Shown piece after piece: positions 29,535 through 41,700 of a stretch of 45,156 bases of DNA. The position numbers and the translations under genes were made by a program. Source of the DNA: Pseudomonadales bacterium RIFCSPLOWO2_12_59_9 (GTDB lineage: Bacteria > Pseudomonadota > Gammaproteobacteria > Pseudomonadales > Pseudomonadaceae); contig MHZN01000269.1 of NCBI GenBank assembly GCA_001830395.1, positions 1 through 45,156 on the forward strand, read 5' to 3'. Every line of letters starts with the position of its first letter. The stretch's first letter is position 1. The notes beneath the pieces were generated by a model. It was not told where the DNA came from. It did not search any database and saw only the letters and a list, made by a program, of their open reading frames with translations.

Positions 29535-30110
29535 TCAGCGCCTGGCGATCAGAGCAAAGTGATAGGGACAGAACGCCTGCACATTGACCAACTCGATGTT
29601 CACAAAGCCGGCGGCTTGCAGCCATGACTGGCATTCTTCTGGCCGTGGGCGAATATCGAGGGATGGCCCGCGCGGTGTCGGTATATCGCTACGCCAGTGC
29701 ATGATCGACACGATGCCAGCATCGCGCAGCACCCGGTGTGCTTCGCGCAACAATGCCTGCGGTTGCTCTAGGTGCAGTAGGTTGAAAATCATCGCGTGAG
29801 CTTGCGAACCAGTATCCAGTCCCGTGCCTTGGCTGACAAAATCTCGCACCTGCGCCCGCACGTTGGATAACCCCTGAGCCTCGGCCTTGCGTCGTACGCA
29901 ATCGACCATCTGCGGCTCAATGTCCAAAGCAGTCACCATACCGTGCGTACGCCGCGCAGCCGGCAGGGTGAATGTGCCGTAGCCACAACCGAACTCGACC
30001 AGATCGCCTGCCATAGTGCCGGCGCTGAACAGTGTTTCGAGCACGCCGTCGGCATCGAAGAAGCTCTGCCAATAGGCCTCTTCCGGCATCCCGCTTTCAC
30101 GTCCTTTCAT
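29535..30110 (-). CDS. Class I SAM-dependent methyltransferase
   Basis: VEFGCGYGTF motif I, ALDIE, LLREAHRVL. Confidence 0.88.
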   Translation of the reverse strand: MKGRESGMPEEAYWQSFFDADGVLETLFSAGTMAGDLVEFGCGYGTFTLPAARRTHGMVTALDIEPQMVDCVRRKAEAQGLSNVRAQVRDFVSQGTGLDTGSQAHAMIFNLLHLEQPQALLREAHRVLRDAGIVSIMHWRSDIPTPRGPSLDIRPRPEECQSWLQAAGFVNIELVNVQAFCPYHFALIARR

Positions 30111-30212
30111 TGCCTGCCCCTAATGCGACGTTTTTTCGATGTCATCGGCGCAACAATCTCAGGCCATTAAAGACCGCATTGACGTAACCAGAAGCTGTGC
30201 ATTGCACACCCG

Positions 30213-30317
30213 TTACCCAATTCGGTAGAAGTCATCGGCCAAGCGACGCAGACCGTCAATCTCGCCTGCAGCCTGATACGAAGCATCACCAACACCAAAG
30301 GGCTCGGTACTGCTCAT
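30213..30317 (-). pseudogene. 5' remnant of a group II truncated hemoglobin
   Basis: Manual translation MSSTEPFGVGDASYQAAGEIDGLRRLADDFYRIG* resembles the trHb N-terminus (Y..AGG..GL.RLVD.FY), then stops. Confidence 0.6.
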
Positions 30318-30445
30318 GGCGCACACTCGCTAAGTAAATTGACCTTGGTAAACAACCGAATATCGCTCTCAGAATACAGACGCTGGCAGCTCGTTACCTG
30401 GGTGATTTTTGGCTCTTCAGCGCGACATAGGCATATATGTCTCTA

Positions 30446-30716
30446 CGGCCAGTAACACAGCCGAGCTGTCTGCTCGGCTATTGGTCGCATTTCAAGCTCA
30501 GTGTTGGCCTAGACGGCACTGAATTCGCGCGGCGCCTAACCTGTACTGGCGGTGGTTGAGCTTTGTTTGCTGACTTACATTCGCAAGTGTCTACATTACC
30601 CATCCGGCGTAATTCGCCAGATTCTTCTAGATAGCCGAGTCTTTTAAGCTGCTCAAGCTCTGCGTGGTCATCAGCCTGCATGAAAGCCGCTATGCAATAG
30701 AGCGCGGCACCCGCAC
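30446..30716 (-). repeat. Diverged direct-repeat copy 2
   Basis: Collinear with 21025-21294, same orientation. Confidence 0.9.
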
Positions 30717-30777
30717 GCTGTGGGCAGCGTGCAATCGTTACCACGCTGGATTTTCCAACAACGGGTTTGAAGTTCAA
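30478..30777 (-). CDS. Small hypothetical protein (open copy of the repeated unit)
   Basis: 99-aa ORF with TTG start after ggaaggga; its stop codon is conserved in copy 1. Confidence 0.4.
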   Translation of the reverse strand: MNFKPVVGKSSVVTIARCPQRAGAALYCIAAFMQADDHAELEQLKRLGYLEESGELRRMGNVDTCECKSANKAQPPPVQVRRRANSVPSRPTLSLKCDQ

Positions 30778-30824
30778 TATGGCATCCCTTCCATTTCGTG
30801 CAGGTTGAATTAACCCGTGTCATT

Positions 30825-30957
30825 TACCTGAACCAGCTCACCTTCTGGTACAACGTCGTGCGCCCGCACCAAAACCTGAACGACCTGGCGCTGGATCGAT
30901 CCCTACCGCCAAGCGCCGAAATCAATGACTTGGTTTTCAGCTTGGGACGGGTTAACA
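30825..30957 (+). pseudogene. C-terminal remnant of an rve/integrase-core (IS3/IS481-like) transposase
   Basis: FWYNVVRPHQNL in one frame, then IDPYRQAPKSMTWFSAWDGL after a frameshift. Confidence 0.6.
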
Positions 30958-31080
30958 CCGTGGGATTGCTCTGCGATGGCGATACATCTGTCCACGGGCG
31001 GGACGGAAAAGCTCTCCTCGCTGGTGGGGAAAGCGGAAATTCAGGAATAAATCTGCCCACTTTCCCCTACGGCTCTATAA

Positions 31081-31932
31081 CTAACTCCCGAACAACCCAA
31101 ACCATTTCCGTTTCTTTATTTCAGGTCGCGGCTTATGGGTACTTGGACCGTCTGGCCGGAGTAAGTCGCCCGGATAATTTTCGTGACCTAAACACTGACT
31201 ATCATCAAGGCCAAAGACCTTTGCAGATACTGCAGCTTCAATACACCAACGACCAAAGTAACTGCCCATTTCCAGCGGATGCTTTTCTGGATCGCCATAC
31301 AGGTACCACCATGGCTGCTGCTTTCCACGGCGGTTTAACTCTGGATACCAGTACTCAACGAACTCTCTTAGTAGCGCTGCTTGTTGCTGTTCGGGTGCGT
31401 CGATAGCTTTTAGAAGCCGAGCATAGGGCTTGACATGCAAAAGTTCAGCCCCAATCACTCGTTCAGGCTGGCGACTGGCAATAACTCTATCCAGCAATAC
31501 ATCCCGTCCCTCTTCGCCAACAAGCACTAGCAAGCGCTGCCATAGATCATCCGGTATTTTCAGCAATAGGGCGAGACCAGCCACCCAAAAGCACCAAATG
31601 TAGTGATTAAGATCCGACAAGTCGAACACCCAATCACGACATGTTTTTAAATTATGCTTTGCACATATTTCATCGGAGAGACGATTAGAAAGTTCCCAAG
31701 CATCCAGTAAACCAGGGAACAGCTGACTCAGCTCAGAAGGCTGATCACCAAGAGAATAGCGCCGAAGCATAAGACGCAAAATATCCCGCGAAATATCCAA
31801 GGTGAACTGAGGATCATATTCAGGATTCTTTGACGGCCCAGATAGAAGCATGTTTGCATTTTCTATCCACGCAGTATCCTTAGCAACCCGCTCGCACCAA
31901 TAGTTTAGATCCCCTAATGAATCGCGAATCAT
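31081..31932 (-). CDS. PoNi-type immunity protein (DUF1910/DUF1911)
   Basis: RRYSLG, GRDVLLDRVI, PYARL, YFGRWCIEAAVSAKVFGLDD...YPGDL; 4-bp overlap with the upstream toxin fragment. Confidence 0.87.
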   Translation of the reverse strand: MIRDSLGDLNYWCERVAKDTAWIENANMLLSGPSKNPEYDPQFTLDISRDILRLMLRRYSLGDQPSELSQLFPGLLDAWELSNRLSDEICAKHNLKTCRDWVFDLSDLNHYIWCFWVAGLALLLKIPDDLWQRLLVLVGEEGRDVLLDRVIASRQPERVIGAELLHVKPYARLLKAIDAPEQQQAALLREFVEYWYPELNRRGKQQPWWYLYGDPEKHPLEMGSYFGRWCIEAAVSAKVFGLDDSQCLGHENYPGDLLRPDGPSTHKPRPEIKKRKWFGLFGS

Positions 31933-32396
31933 GGCCTAGCACCTGAAAGGTTAGTTTTCAACGCCAATATGTTGGATGTATCGACTGATTTTACCCTACC
32001 TAAAGAGTCCAATACTTGTATTTCCGTAGAACCGTTCGCAGTCGTAGTTACAACCCATGTTTCAGTACGACCCGTCTTCACCGCTGTCGTAACATCCCGC
32101 GTAGCGTCAAGGCCAACCGCCTTTTCTATGCGCCCAGAACCCAACGTCCAGCTCTCACTCCCCTGCCTACCATCGTTTGTATAAATCAGGCCTGAAGAGC
32201 CGCCCTTATTCGAATCGCCGATAAATTTATATTCGATGACTACATAATCGACGTCTGGCCGATTGACCTTATACAAATCATCGATACCAGTGTCTCCGGC
32301 GCCCTGAATTCTCGCCAGCTTCTCGCCATCTGGAATTATTTTTCCGACCGTTAACAGAGATAGGGGAGAGACCACGGTTAATTCTGGATACCCCAA
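31929..32396 (-). pseudogene. Orphan PoNe-type PD-(D/E)XK DNase toxin tip (5'-truncated)
   Basis: GIDDLY...YVVIEYKF...DGRQGSESW; no delivery domain; weak TTG start. Confidence 0.78.
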
Positions 32397-32455
32397 GGAA
32401 AGCGTGCCCCCCTATTGCCCTTCCAATCGACAACACTCTTATTTTCAGACGTCCC

Positions 32456-32764
32456 CTAAGGCCAAAATAAAAAAAAAGAAAAGGCCACTAAAGAAAATAT
32501 TCCAAATGCCAGCCTTACTGATAAATTATCATCCTTTTCAACCCCCCCGCCACCAACTAAAACAATTCTCCCCCCCCTAACAAATGAATACAATGCCTGC
32601 CCCGACCAAAAGTGGCCTATAGCAACAGTATAAAAATCAACCCACTCACCAAAAAACCGTAACGCGCTAACAATGGCGCACAAAACAATGAAAGCCAAAA
32701 TAACATAGCGATGTTTATTCAGGAAAACCAACAAATCAATCACCACTAAAAAAATCCTTCCCAT
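32456..32764 (-). CDS. cdiI: Putative membrane CdiI immunity protein
   Basis: AT-rich, overlaps the cdiA stop, ~3 hydrophobic segments. Start is ATG 32764 or GTG 32743/32746. Confidence 0.7.
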   Translation of the reverse strand: MGRIFLVVIDLLVFLNKHRYVILAFIVLCAIVSALRFFGEWVDFYTVAIGHFWSGQALYSFVRGGRIVLVGGGGVEKDDNLSVRLAFGIFSLVAFSFFLFWP

Positions 32765-35700
32765 TATCAACGATAGTGTCCCAAACACCTGCTGCGTTCA
32801 AGCCACTAGCCAATTGCTTTGCAACCTGAGCGCCAACTCCTCGACCCACGGCATACCCTTCAAATCCCGCACTTAAAACCTCTTGAGTTATTGCCCCCGG
32901 TACATCTTGCTTTAAATACCCAGAAAGAAGACTGCTAGCCATTGATAGATTTGCCAAGGCGACTGTCGCCCCACTAGGCGCTATTGCGCCAGCACTTAAC
33001 ACCCAACTTATATCACTTAATGATTTTGCATCTGCAGCTCTCATCCAGTGCAAAGTATTTACATCGCTAAAATCAATATTTGCCCCACTTGCTATACACT
33101 CAGAACTACCACACGGATAAAATCGAGGACTATAAGTAACCCCTTCTATAGCAACTGGAACCCTGTAACCACCACCCTCATCTAAAGCATAGCCTGTAAG
33201 ACGATCTCTATTGCCGGGACCAGCTTCAGACACGCCAAACCAGTCAGGCTTAGGCGGCAGTGAATAACCATATTCAGCCTCTGGAGTCCAGGAATAGGCC
33301 GTAGTAGTTTGGTTTATATAGGCAATTATCTCTTTGTTCGCCGCCGCAAAGTTTTGAAGGTAATTATCACCACCTAAAGATATCCAGTTACCGTCCGGAT
33401 CGTATATTCCATTTGCTTTTACCACCAAATCAGTAGTTGGTGTGATATCCGTCCCAGTTATTGACGACAGACGCATCTGTGCCTCTATTTCCTCAGCACT
33501 ATATTTTCCACCGCTTGCCTCAGCCAGCTGACGGGCAAGTTCTTTTTCATTCGGGTGCAGCTGCCGGTTGTATTGAGTGCTGTTCTGCGCGACCCACGCC
33601 CCAGTTTGCAGCTTATCCGTGTCCGCATCTGGGTCTTGGAGCGCCGTGGTCAGCACGCCAATCAACTGCGAGTTCATCACCAGTAAGCGGTCTCTGTCCG
33701 CCTTGGGCATATCGGCATATTGCTCGGCCAAGTGCCCAACTAAAGCTTCGTTAACTCCACCTACGAGTGCACCTGTTTTAAAGTCGCCGCCCGCGGCCTC
33801 AGCCGCCAAGCCACCCATTAAGGCATGCAATCCGATTTTGCTAAGGCCACCTTCCTGCAGATGGTTTTCTACCCCGACATCGCCCACAAGGTTGAACCCA
33901 TACGCTGTAAAAGCATTAACCAGGCTTGTTTGCAGGGCATCACCGAGACTGCCATCACGCCCCAGCGCTTTATTGAGCACTGCCGAGGTGGTGTTTTGCA
34001 GCGCCTGGTTAGCGGTGAATTGACCAACACCTTGCAAGCTACTCAAACCACCGGGGTTAGACACTACGACTTGCCCACCGTTGGCCAATGCACCACTGGT
34101 TGAGTCAGTCAGCGCAGTGCCTTCGCCGGTCTGGGTACCAGTCCACTCGTTGAATAGACCTGCAGTCAGGCCTGCCGTGGCACCCCCTACGATGTAGTTT
34201 TTCAGGTTGTCGCTGCTGAAGGTTTCTTTCACTGCTGCGCCTACATCTCCTTTGTTGTTGATGGTGCTAACGGTGGCTGTACTGGCGGCAGAAGCGGCAA
34301 CCGCTGATAAGGCGGCGTTAGCCCAGCCAGCTGACGCGGTTGCCGTTGCGGCTGCCATGGAGCCGCCCGCTGCGCCGGCAGTGGTTCCTGCTGAAGCGGC
34401 CCCAATTGCTCCAGAAGCTGCTCCCGCCGTGAAGTACGTGACGATGATAATGATCACAATCATCGCCGGGCCACCCAGCCCTGAATGGCTTTCATGCCAA
34501 CTGTCATGTAGCTCTTTGACCTGGCGCCAGTCCACATCACCGCGCGCTTCGGCGTCTTTCAGCCAGGCCATGCTCGGGTCGGCTTGCACCATGGCGTCGA
34601 TAGACTGGCTAACGGTTTGTTGGTTGATTTGATTGACGTCGATATGCAGACCGTTAACAGCATTAATCAGGACTTGGCCTTTGGCAGTCAATTGGCTTTG
34701 ACGCAGGGTTTCGTCAACCGTGCCTTTACTGTCCATGCTGGTCCACGCCCAGCTATTACTGCTCTCGTCGTGGCTTTCTTGATGCGAGTCTTTGACTGCT
34801 TCAAAGGTGATGGAGCCACCACTGTCGAGGGTCAGATCTTTGCCGCTGTCGAGCTTGGCGCCCTGATACAGCTGGTCGCCACCGCTGATCAAGGTCAGGT
34901 CGCCGCCGGTTTTGATTTCGCTGCCCACTGCCGTGACGTTGGTCACTTCGTCGCGCTTAGTTTCCTTGCTGCCCCAGGAGCCTTTTTTCTTCATGTCATA
35001 GAGGTAGTAATCGCTGTCATTGGCACTGATCAACGACAGGTCGTTGCCTGCTACCAGGTAGGCCTCATTACCGGCCTCAACTTTACTGGCCAGCAAGGTC
35101 AGGTCGTTTCCAGCACTGATAGCCACATCACCACCGGCTTTCAGTACGGTGCTTTGTTGCTCGACCTTGTCCCGCTGGAAGGTGATGTCCTTACTCTTGG
35201 AGGCGTCGTGCTCTTCGTTGGCGGCGGCCGCGAGGGTTACGTCACGGCCTGCACTTAAGGCGATATCACGCTGCGCCTCAATCTTGCTGGCTATAGCCGT
35301 TAGGTCGCGCCCTGCATTAATTTCCAGATCACGCCCGGCACTGACTTCACTGCCCAACTGAGTGATCTGCTCACGCTGAACACGCGTGCCATTGGCATGC
35401 GCATTACGCTCCTCAACCGAAGCCAAGATGACATCACGGCCGGCATCAATACTTAGATCACCGCGGCTTTGCAGCACACCACCGAAGTTACTGACATCAC
35501 GTCCGGCGCTGATATCCAGGCGATTGCTCGCCTCGATGCGCGCGGCGCTGTCAGCAAAGTCACGCTCATGCTCACGGCCGCTGCCCTCAGCGGTCCTGTA
35601 TGCCGTGACGGTGCGCTCGTTGATCACATCGCCGGTGAGAGCGGTCAGGCTGACATCACGCCCGGTAATAACTCCACCCTGAGCGTTACGGATGCTGTCG

Positions 35701-38700
35701 GTCGCCAGCAGATCGAGGCGTTGTCCGGCCTCCATCAATCCGGCGTTGTTGATGCTGGTGGCACTGGCTGCGAGGTTATTTTTGGCATGCAAGGTGCCGG
35801 AGTTTTTCAGCTCATTGCCGGCAATCAAAGTGACATCGCTGCCGGCAATCAACGCACCATTAGGCGCCAAACGATTATTGGCCTGGGCCAGGTACAACAC
35901 CGGCACCAAAACCTTCTCACCGTTGACCACGACCTCTTCCATCCAGACGATGTCATGGGTCAGGGCCGCGACTTGGGCTGCGGTCAGGGTGACGCCAAAT
36001 GCCAGGTCCAGTGCAGTCTTGCTGGCGATGGCGTTGCCCATCAGGTAACGGAACATCGCTTCGTCGCTGGTAAGCCCATCGATAAAGCGCTGGCCGGTGC
36101 GGGCGACGATGGCATCACGAATCAGGCGCTGCTCGTACAGACCGTCCCCCAAGCGCTTCTGGGTGTTGTCTGGATCAACGCCGAGCAAACCCAGCAGGTA
36201 ATCCGAGCTCATGAATTGCTTGAGGTCGGTGATCACCGGGTTGGTTTCGATCAGGTACTTGTGGCCATTACTCGTTTTGGTGTTGCTGGGCAGACCCTGC
36301 ACATGGGGCACACTGCCCCCCAGCCCAGCAACGTCGGTTACATCACTGCCCGTAGTGTCGGTGGCGCTACTGGAGCCCAGGGTGTTCTCACGCTGGCCGA
36401 TATCGATCTGGCGACCACCGATGTCCAAACCTGCTGAGCCTGTAGCGGCGCCACTGGCCGAGCCTTCTTGTGCATCCTGACCACTCAGCCTAAATAAGCC
36501 GTTCTGCCCGGTTGGTAAGCTAAAGCCTGGCAAGGTTGTCGGATTGATCTGCTGCTGAGCCAGGTCAGGTGGCAGCTGCGCATTGAGCACCACAACCGCT
36601 TGTGTAGCCTGATTAACACCTGTGCTTTCTACGCGACTGGAACCACTGTTAATGGCGCTGTTGGGCGCTGTGACGATGTTGCTGATGTCGTTGGTGGCGG
36701 TGATAGAGACATTGCCACCCGCCTGAATGATGGCCGGCGCGGACTGCTGACCATCGGGGGTGATTTGTATCGGATCGTTAATGCCGGCATAAACGTAAGG
36801 ATTGAAGCTAGCAAGCAATGCCAGGTAGGCCGCCTCAGCGAACGTCGCCTGCGTCCCGTAATTGGCATTGAAGTCGTCCACATCCGATACGTGCTGGTAG
36901 TAAACGCTTTTGTCTTCCTTCGGCGCAGCCGTAGCGATGCGACTTCCCGAACCAGAAAGTGAAACGGCCCCTTCATTTTTTACATCGGTGGCCGTGATGC
37001 TCAGGTTGCGCGCGGCTGACAGCACGCTGTAATGGTTAAAGACGGTGTCGCCGACAATGTTTAAATCACGCCCTGCCGTAATGGTGCCGGCCTGAGAGTC
37101 TTGTGTGATAGTCGAGGTGTAGTTTTTATACAGGGTTACCTGCCCCCGAGCATCGCCCCAACTGCTGCCGCAATGCTGCACACATACGATGCTGATGCTG
37201 CCAAACAGCAACTTGCTTTCCATTTCGAAAACGGCCTTGGCATTTTCGAAATCAGCCACCGCTATGCGCATGTCGCCGGCGCTTTCGATGGTGCCTGACA
37301 AGTTTTTGAGCATTGCGGCTTTGTTACCCAAGTCATCAAGCGCAATGTCCAACCCGCCCAGGCTGTACACATCGGCATAGAGGTTGGTGAAATTGCTCAC
37401 CCGCAGCGCCATGTCCGCGCCGCTGAAAATCAGCCCATTTTCGTTCAGCAGGTTAGTGGCGTTGACGCGCAGGGCATCGGCACTGCCGAGGGTGCCGTAG
37501 TTGTTCAGGTTGACTGCACTGGCCGTCAAGTCCGCCATCGAGGTCATGCGACCATGGTTGGTCAACGTGCCACGGCTGGTGATTTGAGTATTACCGCCGC
37601 CCATGATCTTGCCGGCCGTGCCCAGGTCGATGCCGCCGGCCACCAGGGTCAGATTACCCAGGCTGTTCAAATTGCCCGCACCGCTATATGTGCCGGTCAA
37701 ATCAAGATCAAAAAAACCGTCACTGGCCAGCAGGCCATCGTTAACCCAGTTTGTGCCGGTGCCGGTAAAACCCTGTGCGGCAAGCAATTGGCCGTTGGCG
37801 GTCTGGGTGAAGTTGGCGATATTCAGGTTCAGGTGACCAGCCTGCAACACACTGCTGTTGGTCCAGCTGTTGGCGATCATGGTCAAGGTGCCGTTAGACA
37901 CCACACTGCCACCCGCCTCCATCACGTTGGCGGCTGACAGCCCAAAGATGCCACTGCCGGTGTGCAGGATGCGCCCACCGCCGTTGCTCAGGCTGGTGAT
38001 CTGTAAATCCAGATCCTGGTTGGCACTTTCCAGCACGCCATAGCCATTGCTCAGCGAGCCGGCAACGATCTTCGCCGTGCCGGTCTGGCCCAAGGCACGC
38101 AAGCTGCCCACCACGTTATTGATGCTGGCGGCACTGAGATCTAGGGTGCTGTCGCTTTCGATCAGGCCGAACTGGTTGTTCAGCGCCCCGCTCAAACTAA
38201 AATTGATCTGTTCAGCACCAACCTTGCCGCCCTGCCCCAAAGCTGCACCCTGGTTGAAAAACTTCTGCCCAGTGACTTTGAGCAAGGTGCCGGCAAACAG
38301 ACCGCCGCCCTGATTATTGAAGTCCGCCGTGACAATAAGGTTCTCACCGGTCAGCGCCGAGAGATGGCCGCGGTGGTTATCGATACCAAGGTCTGCTTTG
38401 ATATCTAACGACTGCGCCTGGATGATGCCCGCGTGGTTATCAAACACGCCCGCCGTGACCAGCTTGATCCAGCCCTTAACGCTGTTGAGGATACCGCCGG
38501 CACTGTTATCGACACTGCCTGCTTGCAGATCGAGGTTACCGTTCAGGCTGCTGATCTGGCCCGCCTGGTTGCTCAGGGCGCCGCTGATACGCAACTGGTT
38601 GTCGCCCTCGCTTTGCAGCGTACCGGCGTTGTTATTAAGGCTTTGTGCAGTGACGAATAGTTTGCCCAGCTGACTGAAGATCAAACCGTCTTGCTGATTG

Positions 38701-41700
38701 TTCAACGCACCTGTGAGGTTCAGGGTCATGGCCTGCTGGCTGGCCAGAGTACCGCCGGCGGAGTTATTCAACGCCCCGCTGGTGATGGTTAACGTGTCCT
38801 GACTGATCAGTTTGCCGGAACGGTTGTCGATGCTGGCGGCCTTGAGGGTCAGTGCGCCACCGCTGGCCAAGCGAGCCAGGTTGGCGTTGATCAGGGCGCC
38901 GATCAGGGTAATATCCAAAAGCCCCTGGCTGGTGATCTGACCGGCGCTGTTATCCAGGCTATTGCCCTTGAGCAGCAGGCTGGCACCGCTCAATTGACCG
39001 CTTTGATTATTGATGTCGGTGTGTACGCCTAACAGCGCCAGGTCTTGTTTGGCCGAGATCAGGCCATTGGCGCTGTTGTTCAGTGCCCCGGCAACATCCA
39101 GGGAAAGGTCCGCTTCAGTCGAAAGAATGCCGTTGCGGTTATCCAGGCTCACAGCACCAATCTGTTGCTTGCCGAGGCTGACCATCGCACCTTGGTCGTG
39201 GTTATCCAACGCGCCGGTCAGGTTGACCGTCAGGGTGCCTTGCTTGCTCGACAAGGTGCCACTTGCGGAGTTATCCAGGCTGCCACCTTGCACGATCAGG
39301 CCTTGCCAACCGGAAAGCAAACCACCATTGGCATTGCGCAAAGTGGCGGCGTTCAGTACCAGAGCGCCGGCGCTGATCAGCCGACCTTGCTCGCCGTTGT
39401 CGATGAGATTGGCCTGCAGGGTGAAGGACTGCTGACTGGAGATTTCACCCAGATCGCGGTTATCCAGTGCTGCCAGGTGTGCAATGGTCAGCGGGCCATG
39501 GGCACTGAGCAAACCACCACGGTTATCAAAATTACCGCCGCCCAGATCCAGGATCACCGCCTGTTCGCCAATCAAACGCCCTTGGCGCTGAATCAACTGC
39601 GCCACGGTCAGGCGCAAGTCGCCCTTGGCCGAAATCTCACCACCGAGGCTAGAGTCGAGGTTGTGGCCGGTGATGGTCAGATCACCTTCGCTACTGATCA
39701 GACCACCCACTTGGCCCACGGCAGTGGCGCTGTTGTTGATGTCGCCACTGGTCAGCGACAGCGCTTGTTTGCTGCTGATGGTCCCGCCCTGATTGTTCAG
39801 GTCCGCGGTCTGCGCCGTCAGGGTCGCCTGGCTGATGATCTGGCCTTGGCTGTTATTGGTGGCACCGCTATGCAGTTGCAGAGCCTTGCCACTGGAGAGC
39901 AGGCCTTTATTGCTGTTGTTCAGTGAGCCGACGTTGACCGTGAGGTTGCCGCTGGCCAGCACCGCGCCGTCATTGTGGTTATCTAACGCGGCCTGGACAT
40001 CGACCTGCACATCCCCCCGGCTGCTGAGCGTGCCGCCGGCGGAGTTATCCAGGCTGGCCGCACTAACGATCAGCCCTGTGCTGCCCGAAATCGTGCCTTT
40101 TAGGCTATTGAGCAAGTAGCCAATAATCCCCAGCTGCAGTGCACCGCCACTGATGATCTTGCCGCCACTGTTATCCAAGGAGCCAGTGAACAGGCTAAAG
40201 GCGCTGGTACTGGAGATTTCGCCGCCTAGGCTGTTATCGACTGAGCCAATGTGAGTCAGCAGCAGTTTGCCAGGGCTGGCAAGCAAGCCGCCGTTGCGGT
40301 TAATTAGTTGGCCATTAGCCAGATCCAGATTAATGCCTGTACTGCTGACCAGTTCACCCTGGTCGTGCTGATCAAGGCCACTCAAGGTCGCGTCTATTTG
40401 ACCCAGGCTGGAAATACGGCCCTTAGCGCTGTTATTGACCTGCCCGCTACTGATTTTTAAGCCCGCATTACTGGTGATGCGACCGGCCTGACTGTTATCC
40501 AGATCGGTGCTGGTCAACACCATGGCACCGTTGGCGCTGAGTACCCCAGCATGGCTGTTATCAAGGTGGCCCGTGCTGACGGTCAAGCTACTGTCAGTGA
40601 GCAGTTTGCCGCCTTGGTTATTCAGTGAACTGCTCACCACCTGTAGAGCACCGGCGCTGGACAGAACACCGGCCTGACTGTTGTTTACGCTGGCGGCTTT
40701 AACGTTGAGGCCACCTTCGCTGATCAGGTTGCCGAGGCCGTGGTTATCCAGAGCACCACTCAAATCAAGCAGCAAGGACGTCTGGCTGCTGATCAGTCCG
40801 CGCTGGCTGTTATCCAGGCTGCCACCCTTAATAGTGAGAACACCATTGGCGACCACTTGGCCGCCTTGGTTATTTGTCGTGTTGCTCTGCAGATTGAGGG
40901 TGCCCTTGCTGGAGATCAGCCCGGCCTGATGATTGTCGATCTGCCCCGCGTTGAGCTGCTGATTGCCATGGCTGATCAGATTGCCTTGATCGTGGTTATC
41001 CAGCAGGCCCTGCACATTCATCGTCAGGGTGCTTTCGCTGAGCACCGTGCCTTGGGCACTGTTATCAAAACCGGCAGCTTGTAAGTCGAGAGCATTGACG
41101 GCCGAGAACAGACCCAGACGGTTATCGATCAGGCCGCTGGCGATCACGCTCAGCTGTTCACCAATGACCTTGCCGCTGCGGTTGTCCAGGCTCCCCACGC
41201 GCAGGTCTGTACGTTTGGCCGACACTTCGCCGGCCTGGTTATTCAGGCTGGTGGTGGTGGTGAGACTGACCTGTTGCTGGCTGGCGAGCAGGCCATTGCG
41301 GTTATCCACCAAGGCCGCATGCGTATCTAAAGAACCAAGGCCAATCACTCGGCCCTGGTTGTTATTCAGTGCGCCATCGACGGTTAACGTCGTACTGCCT
41401 TGGCTATGCAGCAGACCGTTCTGGCTATTGTCCAGGCTGGCGGCCTTGGCCTTCAGTGTCGATGTGGCCAGTACACGGCCCGAGCGGTTGTCCAGCTGGC
41501 CAGTGGTGATAGTGGTGTTTACGGCGCTGAGGGTACCGACCTGGTTATTGACGCCCTGGCTGGCCTGAACCATCAGATCCCGGCTGGCCAGGACGCTGCC
41601 GCTGTTGCGCACGCTCTGGCTGACAATACTCACATCACCATGGGTGTTGCGGGTGTTATTGGCTTCAACGCCGGCTTCGATCAGGCTGCGGTTGTCCAAT

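Noticed and set aside
30339-30352. ANR/FNR-like box ttgac-cttg-gtaaa before the globin stub
   Set aside because: One mismatch and only ~20 bp from the ATG; could be chance
30798-31406. 202-aa plus-strand ORF
   Set aside because: Chimera of a short transposase remnant and sequence antisense to the PoNi gene
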